64,000 nt of DNA from Auanema rhodensis (lineage: Eukaryota > Animalia > Nematoda), in contig OZ059899.1 in assembly GCA_964057225.1 (NCBI GenBank), forward strand, positions 5,518,001 to 5,582,000. Direction: 5' to 3'. The notes under the pieces are model-generated. The model saw only the letters and a list, made by a program, of their open reading frames with translations, did not search any database and was not told the DNA's origin. This document shows, one piece after another, positions 32,778-45,576 of this stretch. Position 1 is the stretch's first letter; every line of letters begins with the position of its first letter. The position numbers were made by a program, and so were the translations under genes.

Positions 32778-33859
32778 CCATTCCTTATACGCATATCCTA
32801 TCCTTTTGTCTTCCTTTCCACCTTCTCCATGAGCTCACCTTATCCTACCTCCTTGCCCCAACATGGTAAAGCCCACTTGCTAACCTCGACCTAAGGTACA
32901 CATCCGGTTTATTCTATTCTCTACATATTTTTTTTTGTTTGAACAATAACTTACTTTTATATTGAAGATAAGAAATAAATAAAGATAAAACAATATATTT
33001 ATATATTCAATAATATATAAAAAGAAAAGAAATAACAATCATTTCTTTAATTATTAAATAATAAATTTCTTTTTTAAGTATTTCCTTTGATTAACCTTTA
33101 TATATATATATATAGATATAGATTTCTTTCTACATCACACCATCTGTACCATCAAAAGGTTTTTATTTTCCTTTTTCTTCATTTCTAGTCATCACATTTT
33201 CTTTTTTTTTCTTTCTTTCCATGTTCTTCTTTGACATCATTGACAGTTAGTCATGTCTTCCGTCACACAACAGCATTTGTCAGTTTGAAGCTCAATTGGT
33301 GTTTTATCTGACCTAAAACCATCAATATTTAGATAGCTTTTCTTTAATTTGAACCTTTTTAATATCTATGTAATTTAAATATTTCATTTTTCTAATTATT
33401 ATCTTCATTTTCAAATATTATTAGACATTTTGAAAGAAAAAAGAAGAATATTATTTAATTATTAAACAATATATTTATTATTATTTTCTGTTTTTTTGTT
33501 TTCAAACTTTCTCATATCATCATCATATCAATATTTTAAATTTTTTTTAATGCTAAAGCATAGTAATCCCATATATGAAGAGAGGGGGAGGCGTAGATTT
33601 GCATCATGCTTTTGAAATATTTGATGATACATCTTTTCATCAACTTATTTTATAAAATAGATTTGAAAGGAATAGCATCTGTGTTAAGCTTCGACTTTTC
33701 AAATTATTTTTTTCTACCTATTGTTTGACTTATTGGTCTTAAAACTCATAATGATATTTTACTTTGTTTAGTCAAATACTCAACACTCTCGTACTTATAT
33801 TGGATAAGAAGTTACATCTTCATCTTCTTCTTCTTTTTTTTTTCAAATATCTGTATATA

Positions 33860-33863
<4 letters not shown>

Positions 33864-33901
<38 letters not shown>
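33864..33901. repeat. (TA)n microsatellite
   Basis: About 19 uninterrupted TA units. Confidence 0.95.
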
Positions 33902-33902
<1 letters not shown>

Positions 33903-36900
33903 CTACCTTTTTATAAAAAATAATATATACTAAGATGACGTCATATACATTTATTTATTAATTATTATATCATATAGAGATATACATACATATATAGAAT
34001 ATATAATATTTTAAAGATGTTTATACACTTGATATTATTCTATATAGTTAGTATAAACTATGTATACTTACTGATTGTTCATACACCTTTTTTGTTGCTC
34101 ATCACACACACATACACACACATATACTCTTCTATCATCATCTCTGTAAATATCTGATTTATTGATTTCATATTGATGCTTCAACCTATCCATATAAGAA
34201 AAACTTATTTCTCCACTTCTATCTTCTTCTTCTTCCTTGTACTTCATATTTTTCTTTTTATTTTGTATTAAAACAGATATTTTTAAATCTTTTATTACTA
34301 TATAACACTGTATTTATCATATTTTCTTATTATTTATTATTTATTTTCATCTATTTATATCATATAAACTCAATAATTTTATTCACACCATCTAAAGAGA
34401 TTTGTGCATCTCCATCTCTGACTCGAAGCAAACACACACTCACTTACATGTCCAAACATGTTCACAGCGTGATCAGCGTGAAAGAGCAGGATGGTGTGTA
34501 TGTGTGTGTGTGCAAACTGCAAGCAAGATTAGACCGAATTTTCGGGATTGTATGACGGAAACGATGCATCCATTGGCCATCGTCCACATATTTAATCACT
34601 TAAAGCATATCAATTGCAACTTCGTTTTCTATTTTTCCCTTCTCATTGCTACATTGTTGTTGTTTACAAGCCAGCTCTGGACCGTGTCAATCCTCAATCA
34701 ACGATTAAACAGATCCCAATCTCTATTCACTGCTAAACCTTTCTTACCTATCTGTCTATATGAACCCTACTGTTAGTATAGGTATAGGTAGATAAAGAAA
34801 GAGAGTAAGAGAGAAAGAGAGAAAAAGAGAATAAGAGAAGGAAATGAAATGTTGGAGGGTGTTATACCGATCAAAGGGTTACCTTGACACTATGGTCCGT
34901 TTCGATCGGTCAAAGCTTCAGATTATCCGGAGGTAATTTCGTTCTGAGGCTTACCTATCTGGAGAAGAATTATGAGAACATGAGAATTAATTTAGTATTT
35001 GAATAAAAGAAATGTTATAATTTATTTTAGTAGAAAATTCAATTTTCTAAAAAAGCTTTTATATATAATTAGTATAATTTATTTCTTTTTATATCAAATA
35101 TAATTATTTTTTATTTTAAATTTGAGAATTAACATCATATCCTGAAGGATGTAAGCTACTTCTTCTTCTTCTTCTTCTTCTTTCATCTTCATAATTCCTT
35201 CCCTTCTATTTCACTCTTCTCATTTAGCAACCTTGTATTGTAAAATTAAATTATATTTCCTAGTGCTTCCTAGTTTAACTATACTCTATATAGTATATAA
35301 TTAGGTTAACTAAACTTTTTTCGTTGAACATCTTTCGTTAAACCATATGTATGTATGTATGTATCAAGAAACAATACCCTTTGCCTCCCTCCACACTTAT
35401 CTCTGTCCTCTCACCAAAAGTCCCGAAACTTTCCATTATCGTTTTTATGGAAATTTTAATTTTTTTATAATAATTTTCATATTAACAAAAAATATTTATA
35501 TATACTGATATCATATAATATATCAAAAATCATTTATAAAATTAAATTAATTATATAAAATTATATTTAATATTTTGAAATTTTAACTAGTGCAATTTCA
35601 AAAAAATGTTTATACAATGAGACAAATATATATTTTAAACTAATCAATTATTAATATTATTTTAATTTTAATCCTTTAAAGTGAGAAGAAAGTAAAAAAA
35701 AAAAAGAAAATAAATTTATTTCGAACAAGCCAGACACTAAACTATGTATAGCGCTTAAGTAAAAATATCTTGAAATATATTATTGTCTAAAAACTATAAA
35801 AAGAGAAACGAAACAATCAACTAACACCAAAAAATTGGTTGTAGTTATGTGGGAAAACTCTTGAATATGTTGTTATGATCGTTTTGACTAAAAAAAAAAG
35901 GAAAGAAAGAAAAGCTTCAACTAGCATAAATACATTTCCATATTGAAATGAGACAAACGTTAGAAAAGCATTCTTTCACTTTTGTTTAATGAGTATTCAT
36001 TTCAGATAAAACTTAGTTTCTTTAAGTTTTTACTTCAAATTTCTTAGTTTTTATAAATTTATTATAAATTTAAAATGAATATATATAGTATAATTATTTA
36101 AATAATAAATATAGTACAAAAGTACTATAATTATTTAAAGTTTATAAATTGTTTGTAAATGATTCATTTTTGTTTAAAAAAAAAAAGATGGAAAATGAGA
36201 ATATTGAAGAAATATTTGAAAGAATATAAATTATAAAAAGAAATAATTAATTATACCTTAATGTATAGTTAACAATTATACTTTATGATATTTTTATGCC
36301 ATATGTTATACATTTAGTTAAATTTAATGACAGACAATAACTTCAATGTTTCTACTCATAACGACGATCTTTCTAATAAAAAGTGTGCACATCGTCGACA
36401 AAAAAGTTTCCGGACTAAAGTTTAAATGTGTTGAAAAGTTTTTTTTTTAACCTTTTTTTTGAATTAAAAGTGATGTTTCGGACATAACCAATGTAATCGC
36501 CTTTGATGTTAGTCTCTTCTTGCGGTCATCAGAGATTCAAAATGAATTAACATCGGAACACATCTTGAGTTTTCTCTTTCTCTCTCTGCCTCTCTCTGGT
36601 TTATCTCTTTGATTTCTTGTCTTTACCTCTCTTGGAATTATCGTTTTGTCTAAGATATAAGAAATATTTTCTTCTTATTCATCTTCTTTATCTAAACTTC
36701 AATGAATACAATGTCATATATTGACATTACGCGAGAAACTTCTGAAGGTTTTGGATTGAAGTGGATGATGATGATGCTGACGACGATGTCATCATAACAT
36801 CACCTTTACCCAAGAAATAGAATTCAATTTAGAAAACCTAACTGAAATATAAGTTACCCAGGATATTTCCTCTTCTCACGGTCAATTGTCCCAACTTCAA

Positions 36901-38121
36901 CATCATTTTGTTTCACATGTCTTGAGAAACATAGGTAGTAGTAACCGGATATTCGTTTACATCTCAACATATTTCACTCATGTCATATTCTCTATTTCTT
37001 CTTGCTTTCTATCTACGTAAACTAAGCAACTGACAGCTTTCATAGGTTAACTGCCCTTCTGAATAACCCTGACCGCATATCATTTTGTTTTTTTTTGTTT
37101 TCTGTTAAATAGACTAAATTTTCTCTTTTTTATATAAACTTCTATGCATATAGTAAGTTTCATTTATTTCTTCTTTTCAAAAAGAATTTTATGTTTCTCA
37201 TTAATTTTCTTTTTATTACTAATATTAATGAATTCTGTCATTTTATTCTTTGTCATCTTTTTCATTTTATTATTTTTTTTCATATAATTAATATTTATTT
37301 ATTTTAGATTTAAATGATTATTGAATATCTTATTTACTTATACTGTGAACAATATTCAAAATTATATGAAAAAACTTTTCATTCACATACTATTTCATTT
37401 ATATCTTAACTATACATATAATTTAATATTATATTTAGTTATATACTGATTATTCACTATAAATCATACAGACATTTTCTAAAAGGTTTTCAATCGTTAA
37501 TCCTTCTAGGTTACCGAGATAACCTAAGGTGGATCCGCCCATTATCTCCAGTCTGTCTCCAGACTCCGCCTTTCAATCGAAGATTAACAATGCGTATATG
37601 GTATAAGGGCTAGCTGTGTATATGAGCCTGGACGTGACCTCCCAGCTCAGCTGGTTGACCAGATTGTTCTGAAACTCAGATATACGTATGTAGATTCAGG
37701 ATCTATTCAATCGGTAAAAAGCTTCGAAAGAGCCGGTTCTTCTATATTCATCTTCTTCTTTTCAATATTCTGAAATCTTTTGAATTTTCAATGACATGAT
37801 CATTCATTCTTCTGAAACAATTTCATCTTCAATATTGCATGTTATTTCAATTATTTCAATTTTTTCATCTAGAATATTCAATAGATACTGTATGAAAGAA
37901 AATTTTTAGATTAAATATGAGATATTTAATGAAAACTAAACATGAGTTCATTTACAATTGCTCTCTCAAAAGCTATTTCATTTGTTTTATACAAAATTTC
38001 TTTTTTGACTTCTTCATCCATCAAGATGACGATAACAAAGAGTCAAATTCTTTGTTCTTCATTTCTTTTTTATTTTAAGATACTTCATACTTTTATCCAA
38101 ATCTTTATATCATATTATAAC

Positions 38122-38152
38122 ACAACAACAATAACAACAACAACAACAACAA
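38122..38152. repeat. Imperfect (ACA)n microsatellite
   Basis: ACAACAACAATAACAACAACAACAACAACA. Confidence 0.85.
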
Positions 38153-39601
38153 ATACAAAATATTTAATATATTATCCTAATATATATATATATATATAAC
38201 ATGTATATATTTCCTATTTTAGTTAAAGGATTATCGAAGAAAATTTCTTCTTACTTTTTCATTTAATTTTAATCCATTTTTTCATTCATTGTTTAATCAA
38301 ATAGCTAAAAGGCTAGTCAACTTTAACCTTAAAATGATGTTGTCAAAGCCTTTTTAAAAAATTTTTTTTTGAAACTGTTTATCTTGTTTTCTATTTTATT
38401 TTCAAATTTTTACATCGAATATTCCATTTTTCAGTTATTCATCTATTGGCTTTTACCAACTTTTTCCTATCTTTTTGTTCTTCAAAACGTTTTTTTTTCA
38501 AACTTCTCTTCCATGATACCTATATTCAGTCATTTTTCTTTAAACTGTCTTGGTTCAAACTTCCGGTATCAGCAGTTTTTCAAAAATAAAAAAAAAAGTT
38601 TAAGAAATATGACGTCAAATCTCATTTTGCATTTGTGCAAGATTTTCTCATACGTACAACATTCCTTCTGGCATCTTAATCACTCTCCGTTTTTCAATCT
38701 ACAACTCTTTCTACCTCTTCCTTCTTTCCCTCCTCCTCTTCTCCTATCTCTCCTTCCTCTCTCTATTTCATGTATATTTTCTTTACTTCAAATCCATTAT
38801 CCTTTCCCCTTTTTGCAAATTCGTTTGTCGATTTTCTATATATGTATGTATGCCCCTTCAACACATCACAATCTATACTTATATGGCAACAATTGCTATA
38901 GTTTAAAATCTTTTTTTTTTTTGAATGTAAAATAACTGATCATCGAAACATCAACGAGAATAAGAATAAAGCAAAAGACTTTTAAACTATAATTTCTTCA
39001 GTTTTAAGCATCACATATAACATAACATCATTATATGACATTAAAATATCTTATTATCTCTTAACTATATGAGTATTGTTAGTTTATTGGAAGGTCATAT
39101 AGCCTAACATTAACTTTAAACTTATCCTATCGGCTTTCAATATCTTCTATAAACAATCGAAATGAATGTCTTTCTGTTTTCGGTTTCTTTGATCATGTTT
39201 CAAATAAAAAAAGAAACAAGATCAATGATTTAGATGCCGACGAGTTCATGAGTGCAATACCCGAGGTCTCAAACTTGCAACGCCTGCAGTGCCGTCAACT
39301 CATTTGATATTCATATAAGGTTATAATCAAAATACAAAAGTTTCTTTTTATATTACTTTATATAGATATAGTTAGATAGATATGTGAATATTAAAATGTC
39401 TATTATCTATTGGCTACTCTCATCTTAATGTCATAAAACAAGATTATGAGTCATGACTTTTTAATTTCATTTTCTCCTCATGTCTTCTCTCTCAGCCTAT
39501 CTATACATCAATAGCTCTTTCTTCATTTATCTTTTCTATTTTCTATAATAATTCTATTTCTTTACTATATAAGAAACAAGGCAGAAAAAAAAATTATATG
39601 A

Positions 39602-39623
39602 TGAGGTAATAGTTTGCATAGTT
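39602..39623. ncRNA. let-7-like 22-mer (divergent miRNA on + strand, or let-7-complementary site on - strand)
   Basis: TGAGGTAATAGTTTGCATAGTT is 19/22 identical to let-7. The surrounding hairpin is imperfect. Confidence 0.3.
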
Positions 39624-39882
39624 GGTAAGCTATATTCTCACATTTATAATTATCTCTTTATTTAATATGATAGCTACTTTATGAAATATTTCAATTGTTT
39701 TATTTATTTTTCGTCTATTCTTTTCTCAACATCATCATGTTTCTACAATCTTTATTATATACTTCTATCATCATATAGTTAAGTTCTAAGTACTTGATGT
39801 ATAGGTACTTTTCTCTCATTTAATACTTACACCTTCTCACTCTATCCTAGCACTTCTTCTCACTATGTTTTTCGTCTCTCCT

Positions 39883-39886
<4 letters not shown>

Positions 39887-39939
<53 letters not shown>
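39887..39939. repeat. (TC)n microsatellite
   Basis: About 26 uninterrupted TC units. Confidence 0.95.
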
Positions 39940-39943
<4 letters not shown>

Positions 39944-41805
39944 ATATAACACCTAACTTAAGAAATCGTTAACCTTTCTTATATAAGAATGCTATTTACT
40001 TTAAATGGTTGTCATACATATTTTGTAACCTAAATACTGCATTTATGTAAATAAGCATGAACTTCAATGATTTTATCGTTAGCAATGAGTCAGTCGTGAA
40101 GAAGGTATTCTCACATTCAACTTACCATTTTTGCCATCCAATCACATTTTTCTCTTAAAGTTCAATAGAACTTTATGCAGATGTCTAAAACTTGACAACA
40201 ACCTATTCTTTTAATATTTATAACTTTTTTATCATTATGTTTACATAACTATGTGTTTATTTACATTGTATATACCATGAGAACTCATTGTTATCAACGA
40301 AATCACATATATCTTATGTATTATTTCTTCATTTCATTAGAGAATAGGTTCTAAGACAAAAGCCGATTCAGCATAACCACAGCCCCTGGGAACTCAAGGT
40401 ATATCGAAATCAAAATCCCATACCCTTGTGATTATAGTTTTCCCAAAGCAATCTATAAGCTATCAGATATATATATATATATATAAATACAAATATATAG
40501 TTATAAATGACTAATAAATGATATAGTTATAAAATTTAAAAAATAAATATAAAATTGATTAAGAAATAACAACATTTCTAATTCAAATAAACTTCTCTTC
40601 ATCTCCTTCCTTATTTTTAATTTTTTGTACTATATTATCCGTTCATCTCTATCTTTTTCTCTTTTTTTTCTTTTTCAAGTAAATATTCAATTGAAATTGA
40701 AATTTTGAACCAAAAATCAGAATATCATTATAGATATATAGCTTTTTATATGGATATATCAGATATTTAAAATGCGTCATCATCAAATAAACATATACTA
40801 TATATTGATTTTAAATGTTGAAAATTTAAAAACAAATAAAAATTTTCATATTCATATATTTATATTTATATTCATATAGAATATATTATTTTGTATTGTT
40901 AGCTTACATCCTATGAGAGATGATATAGTCATTTTCTCAGCTACTTTACCGCTTTTATCTTCTAGCTCACGTGTATATCACGTAAAATTCACGCATCATT
41001 TCATTTGATGCAAACTCAAGAAGAGGTTGACTTCTCTTTTACTTCCTCATAATCTTAACTATCTCGTTTACTATTTTCTCTCTCTTACTCTATAGTTTGC
41101 CGTACCTCGTACTCTTTCTCTCTACCTCTCTCTCTATCACCCTCACTTTCTCTCTATCTCTTTTCATTATTTATCAATCTTTAAGCCCTTTTCCATCCGC
41201 CACCCATCGCTTCAACAACGTTTGAAGAACAGCTCGGTGTCTCGGCTGCCTGGCAATCGCTGACCCGTGAACAGCATCTCCTTAGATATTCAACGATAAG
41301 AAGCTTTTTTTCTAGTTTGAACAGAAGATGACCCCATACAAGCCACACCTCTCTACTACTAATATGTCAATATAATATAAAACTATATATTTTCTTTTCT
41401 TTTTTCGAACAATCAAAATGTTTTTTTATTTCATTTCCTTTTGCCATTCATTATAATTCCGAGAGTATCTGCTGTCCAGCCAGGCTCTTATATGGTTCCG
41501 ATCTTAAGGTCGTATGCCATCCATAAATCCTTTGAACTCATAACCTGCCGCCCAGAAAGAAAACAAACGACGACATGTACATTCACTCTTTGAAAATCTT
41601 ACAAAGCCAAAACCTATTCTCGTTTTCTTTTTCGCTCAGCTTTCCATCCTTTTACGTGTTCACTATAACAACAGAGCAAGACCAACTGGCAACTAGCATA
41701 TTTAGAGTTTTTCAACATTTTCTTCTCCTTTCTCAACTTTATTTAAATTATCTTTCTTATTTCAAGTTCTATATATATATTATAATGTTTCAACTATCGT
41801 CAATA

Positions 41806-43447
41806 AGGTCACAGTTAATCATAAATTCAAAACTTTTTTTTTTCATTTATAGTTTGTTAGCGATATCTGGTTAAGTGCGCTTCTCGTCTATTTTCAAATA
41901 AATTTCCAAATACGCACTTGGAACTCAACCACCATTTTCCAAAAATTTCGAGCAGATTCTTTGTTTAAAGAGTAAAAATATTCAATGCTATACCCTGACC
42001 TATCAAATTATATTCATTTTTATATGATTTTCCCATCTTTTTTTTAAAAATGTTGTTCCTTCCAATGCATTCTATAACCTCTTCCAATCGCTTCATCGAA
42101 ATTACCATAATTTCGGAGGTTTACTTGTAACTAAGCTTTAATCTCTAATATCCAATTGGCCCAATCTCTCTAACATACTACACAGATCATTACAACTATT
42201 CGGTTCAATTAAGGTATTTTGCTCATTACAAAATATCATTTAGTATTATAATCAATAAACAAATTCAATCAATTTTTCCTTTTTTTTTATTATTCCATAA
42301 TAGATTTCTTATATTTTTTATGAACTGTCATGTATTTTGACCTTTGTGACCTAACACTTGTATTCAAATTATTTTTGCTACAAGCAACATTTTTATGGCA
42401 TAAGAATTTAGCTTCTGGTCATATGTATAGGTATTATGAAATTATGTTAACACCTGTCGATTAACGGATTATTTCTTAAAATTAGTGTTGTTACGCATAT
42501 TAAGCCTAAACTATAACAAGGTGATGATGCCTCTGGACTTGTACGGAGGGTATAGACAGGCGGAGTTTCCAGCCTGACTCCGCCCTTCGTTCTTGCACAC
42601 ATTTTTGCTCTCAAACTACGAATGTGTTATGTATATGTACCATCAACAAATCATCCAGTTCACATTCACTGATGATAGTAATAAAGAGATGGTTGTTAAG
42701 GTATTGTCATCAATTATCTTTAATTCATTATTGATCTTATGGTTTTCCATTTTTATCTTTTTGTCAATATCATTGATGAGGTATCTGCTTCTAATGCTGC
42801 ATGTATGTTCTGCACATATCATTTCTTCAAATTTTACAAATTTTTGCTCAATATGAACTCTTAATATGAACCTTCTGATATTTTTATGAGTCTTTCTTTT
42901 GAATTAAGGTCAATTTAAGCATTTTGATCTTTATTATTCAACCAAATTTTTTTTCTTTTGAACTAGTCGTAGAGCTCACTTTGCTCAATTGAATTTTCTT
43001 TATTTATTCGTAAGATTCTATCTTTTAATATTTGATAGAACAGATTCGGAATATGATGAGAAGTCATCTGAAACTTCCCACGGCATATCATATTCATTCC
43101 CAGATGACTGGTTCTATTTGAATCGTTAGAAAAGACAAGCCAGTAGGATTTTATCCTTCAGAATACAAAGAGAGCAGGAACAGTTGAGAAACAATCGGCT
43201 AGTTCGTGTATCAATCAGAAAATAAGTTCATTCTCTCTTAACATATCTATAATCTATTTCATCGTCTAGATAGATGTATCTTAGCTTCGTTATTTGATAC
43301 TAAGCGTTCCTTTTCTCTTTTGCTTTTCTAATATGCTTTACAGTGTCGTGCACATAGCTTATCGTGTTTAGAATCAGTCTAATAGTTTCTTTCTCCATAA
43401 ATATATATTTATAGCTCTTGTCAGACTATTTTGACCTACCGTGACCT
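41806..43447. promoter_or_regulatory. Cluster of AGGTCA/TGACCT nuclear-receptor half-sites (putative enhancer)
   Basis: Seven half-sites at 41806, 41996, 42338, 42347, 42907, 43432 and 43442, including a DR3 and a DR4. Confidence 0.5.
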
Positions 43448-45576
43448 GTATCAATATCAAGCCTTATCGTTTCGCGCACTGGCTTTGAGCTGGTTTCCAA
43501 CTTTTTTTTCGTACATTCACACAGTTTTTACATTTATGAGCTCATACGAGCTCATAATTATTTAATTTATCTTTCTTTTTTCTTCAACTGGCTTCTCCCA
43601 TGTACTCTTTTTGCGTAGTTTCAGCCATCTTTCCGTATCTATTGTTTCTTGCTTGACTTCAATATCCATACGCATATGCTTCATGAGTTGGTGACTTTTC
43701 TTCTATTGTTTAGTTCTTTTCTTGGCCATCTTTCAACGATCTGACTTTTCTACTCTTGGATACGTGTCTTTCTATTTGAATATGTTTGCGTCATCTTGAT
43801 TTTTTCATTAAATCAAACAGTATTTCTTCCTATTGCACTTAATGGTTATCATTATATGAAGTTGTAAATTAAAAGAATGTTTGTTTACAACAACAACAAC
43901 AACATATAATGATATTAATAATCATAATATCTATATATATATATATATATATAGTTAATCAATTTAAAGAACTGTTATATATTTATATATGATATCCATA
44001 TATCATTCTTTAAACTGTTATTCTTTCATATTTTTGCTGATCCGATTGTCAGTTGTATTGCAGATACTCTTCTTCATCTATCTATCTATCTCTCTTGATC
44101 TGGCTCTCACTCTCTCTCTCTATATTGCTTTTTCTTATTTCTTCAGTCAAAATGCAATACGTGTGTATATCATCCATATGTGTGCAACTCTTTCTTTCTT
44201 GTTTGTGTCCATCTGATGCTCGAAGATGAAACAAATCGAGATTCCTATGCTATTCAATCTATCCCATCTGGACGTACTCTTCTTTCTTACGTTGTCTTTT
44301 CACCTGATTTCTTTTGTCTCAATCATGCCAAGACCCAGCTGGCTTTTCTGCTCTTTAGCTACATCATCTCTTCATGTATATTCTGAAGTTTTTGTAATCT
44401 ACATATCATGCTTAGATTCTTAAACAGCTCTTTCTCAGTTTTCTATTATCAAAACATGAAGAAGAGGGAGGTTGAGAAAATGGAGGAAAGATAAAAGAAA
44501 GATTATAATCAGCTTAAATCAAGTTATCATATATGAAAGTTATTATATATGTCAGCCTAAAACTTTTTTTCTTTGATAAACCGAGCAACAAACCTACTCG
44601 TTCGGTCTTATCATTATGAACACTTAATCAGAAGACAAACATAAAACGATGATTATGCATTTCTATTATAGTCTTTGTCTCTTCATACTTCGTAATCATT
44701 TTTAATGTTTTACTAGTCATCATGTAGATATGATTCAATCATTAATTCATTTATTTTTATATTTTCTAATATAGATTATGTAAATTATAATTAATTTATA
44801 TATTCTTAGCTTATTTTTATTATTTTACACCTAAGGTTTATGAACTTTATTTTTTCTTTGAAATCATGCGTTATATATCCGTTTGTAGATCTGTTTTGTC
44901 AGCTTTAATCTCTTTTACTTCTCAGCTTTCTTTTTGAAAATCCAAATTCTCATGCCGCTGTATGATGTTCAAAGGTAATAGTGATCAGAGTGCCAAACGA
45001 TGCTTATCCACTTGATTGATAAACTGACAAACTGACAGAACTATCAGTTGGTGTGAGGACAGCTCGATGAAGAAATTGAGCTTGCTCCAATCACGAAACA
45101 TGCCTTTCATCCGTTATTTTGATCACTTTGAACTTGTTCAACGTCATAAGTGAATGTCCTGAGGCATCATACATATGATTTATCGTTACTCAATCATATA
45201 TTGTTCGAATGAAAATATTTTCATTTGGAATTTTCTATATTTGTTTCGAGAATGATTTGTCATTTTACGCATTTTTTTGACTCATCATTTCTCTTTTTTT
45301 TTCTAAATTTATTGTCATAAATATACTTTGGAAATAGATATTTAACCTCTGACCAACCATATGCTAGTTTCTGGACAACTGTTTTAATAGGCTTGTGCAG
45401 AAAATAATTCCTCATCTTCTTTTGTTCACGAAGTTCATCTATCTTGTGTTTTTATTTGATTTTATGTCATTGTGTTATTGGCCAATTGGGTCACTTGCTC
45501 TTTCCGTATGTTTGATCGCTTCAATTTGTATCTTGTTGTTCATTTATTACAATATTCTAAGCTTATGTTTTTCAGA

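Noticed and set aside
38369-38935. 188-aa ORF and similar F/L/I/S-rich ORFs (e.g. 59215, 61755, 29720)
   Set aside because: Translations of T/C-rich low-complexity DNA with no splice structure or motifs.
39238-39259. Minus-strand UAUUGCACUC (miR-92/235 seed)
   Set aside because: Only 10 nt match and no convincing precursor stem.
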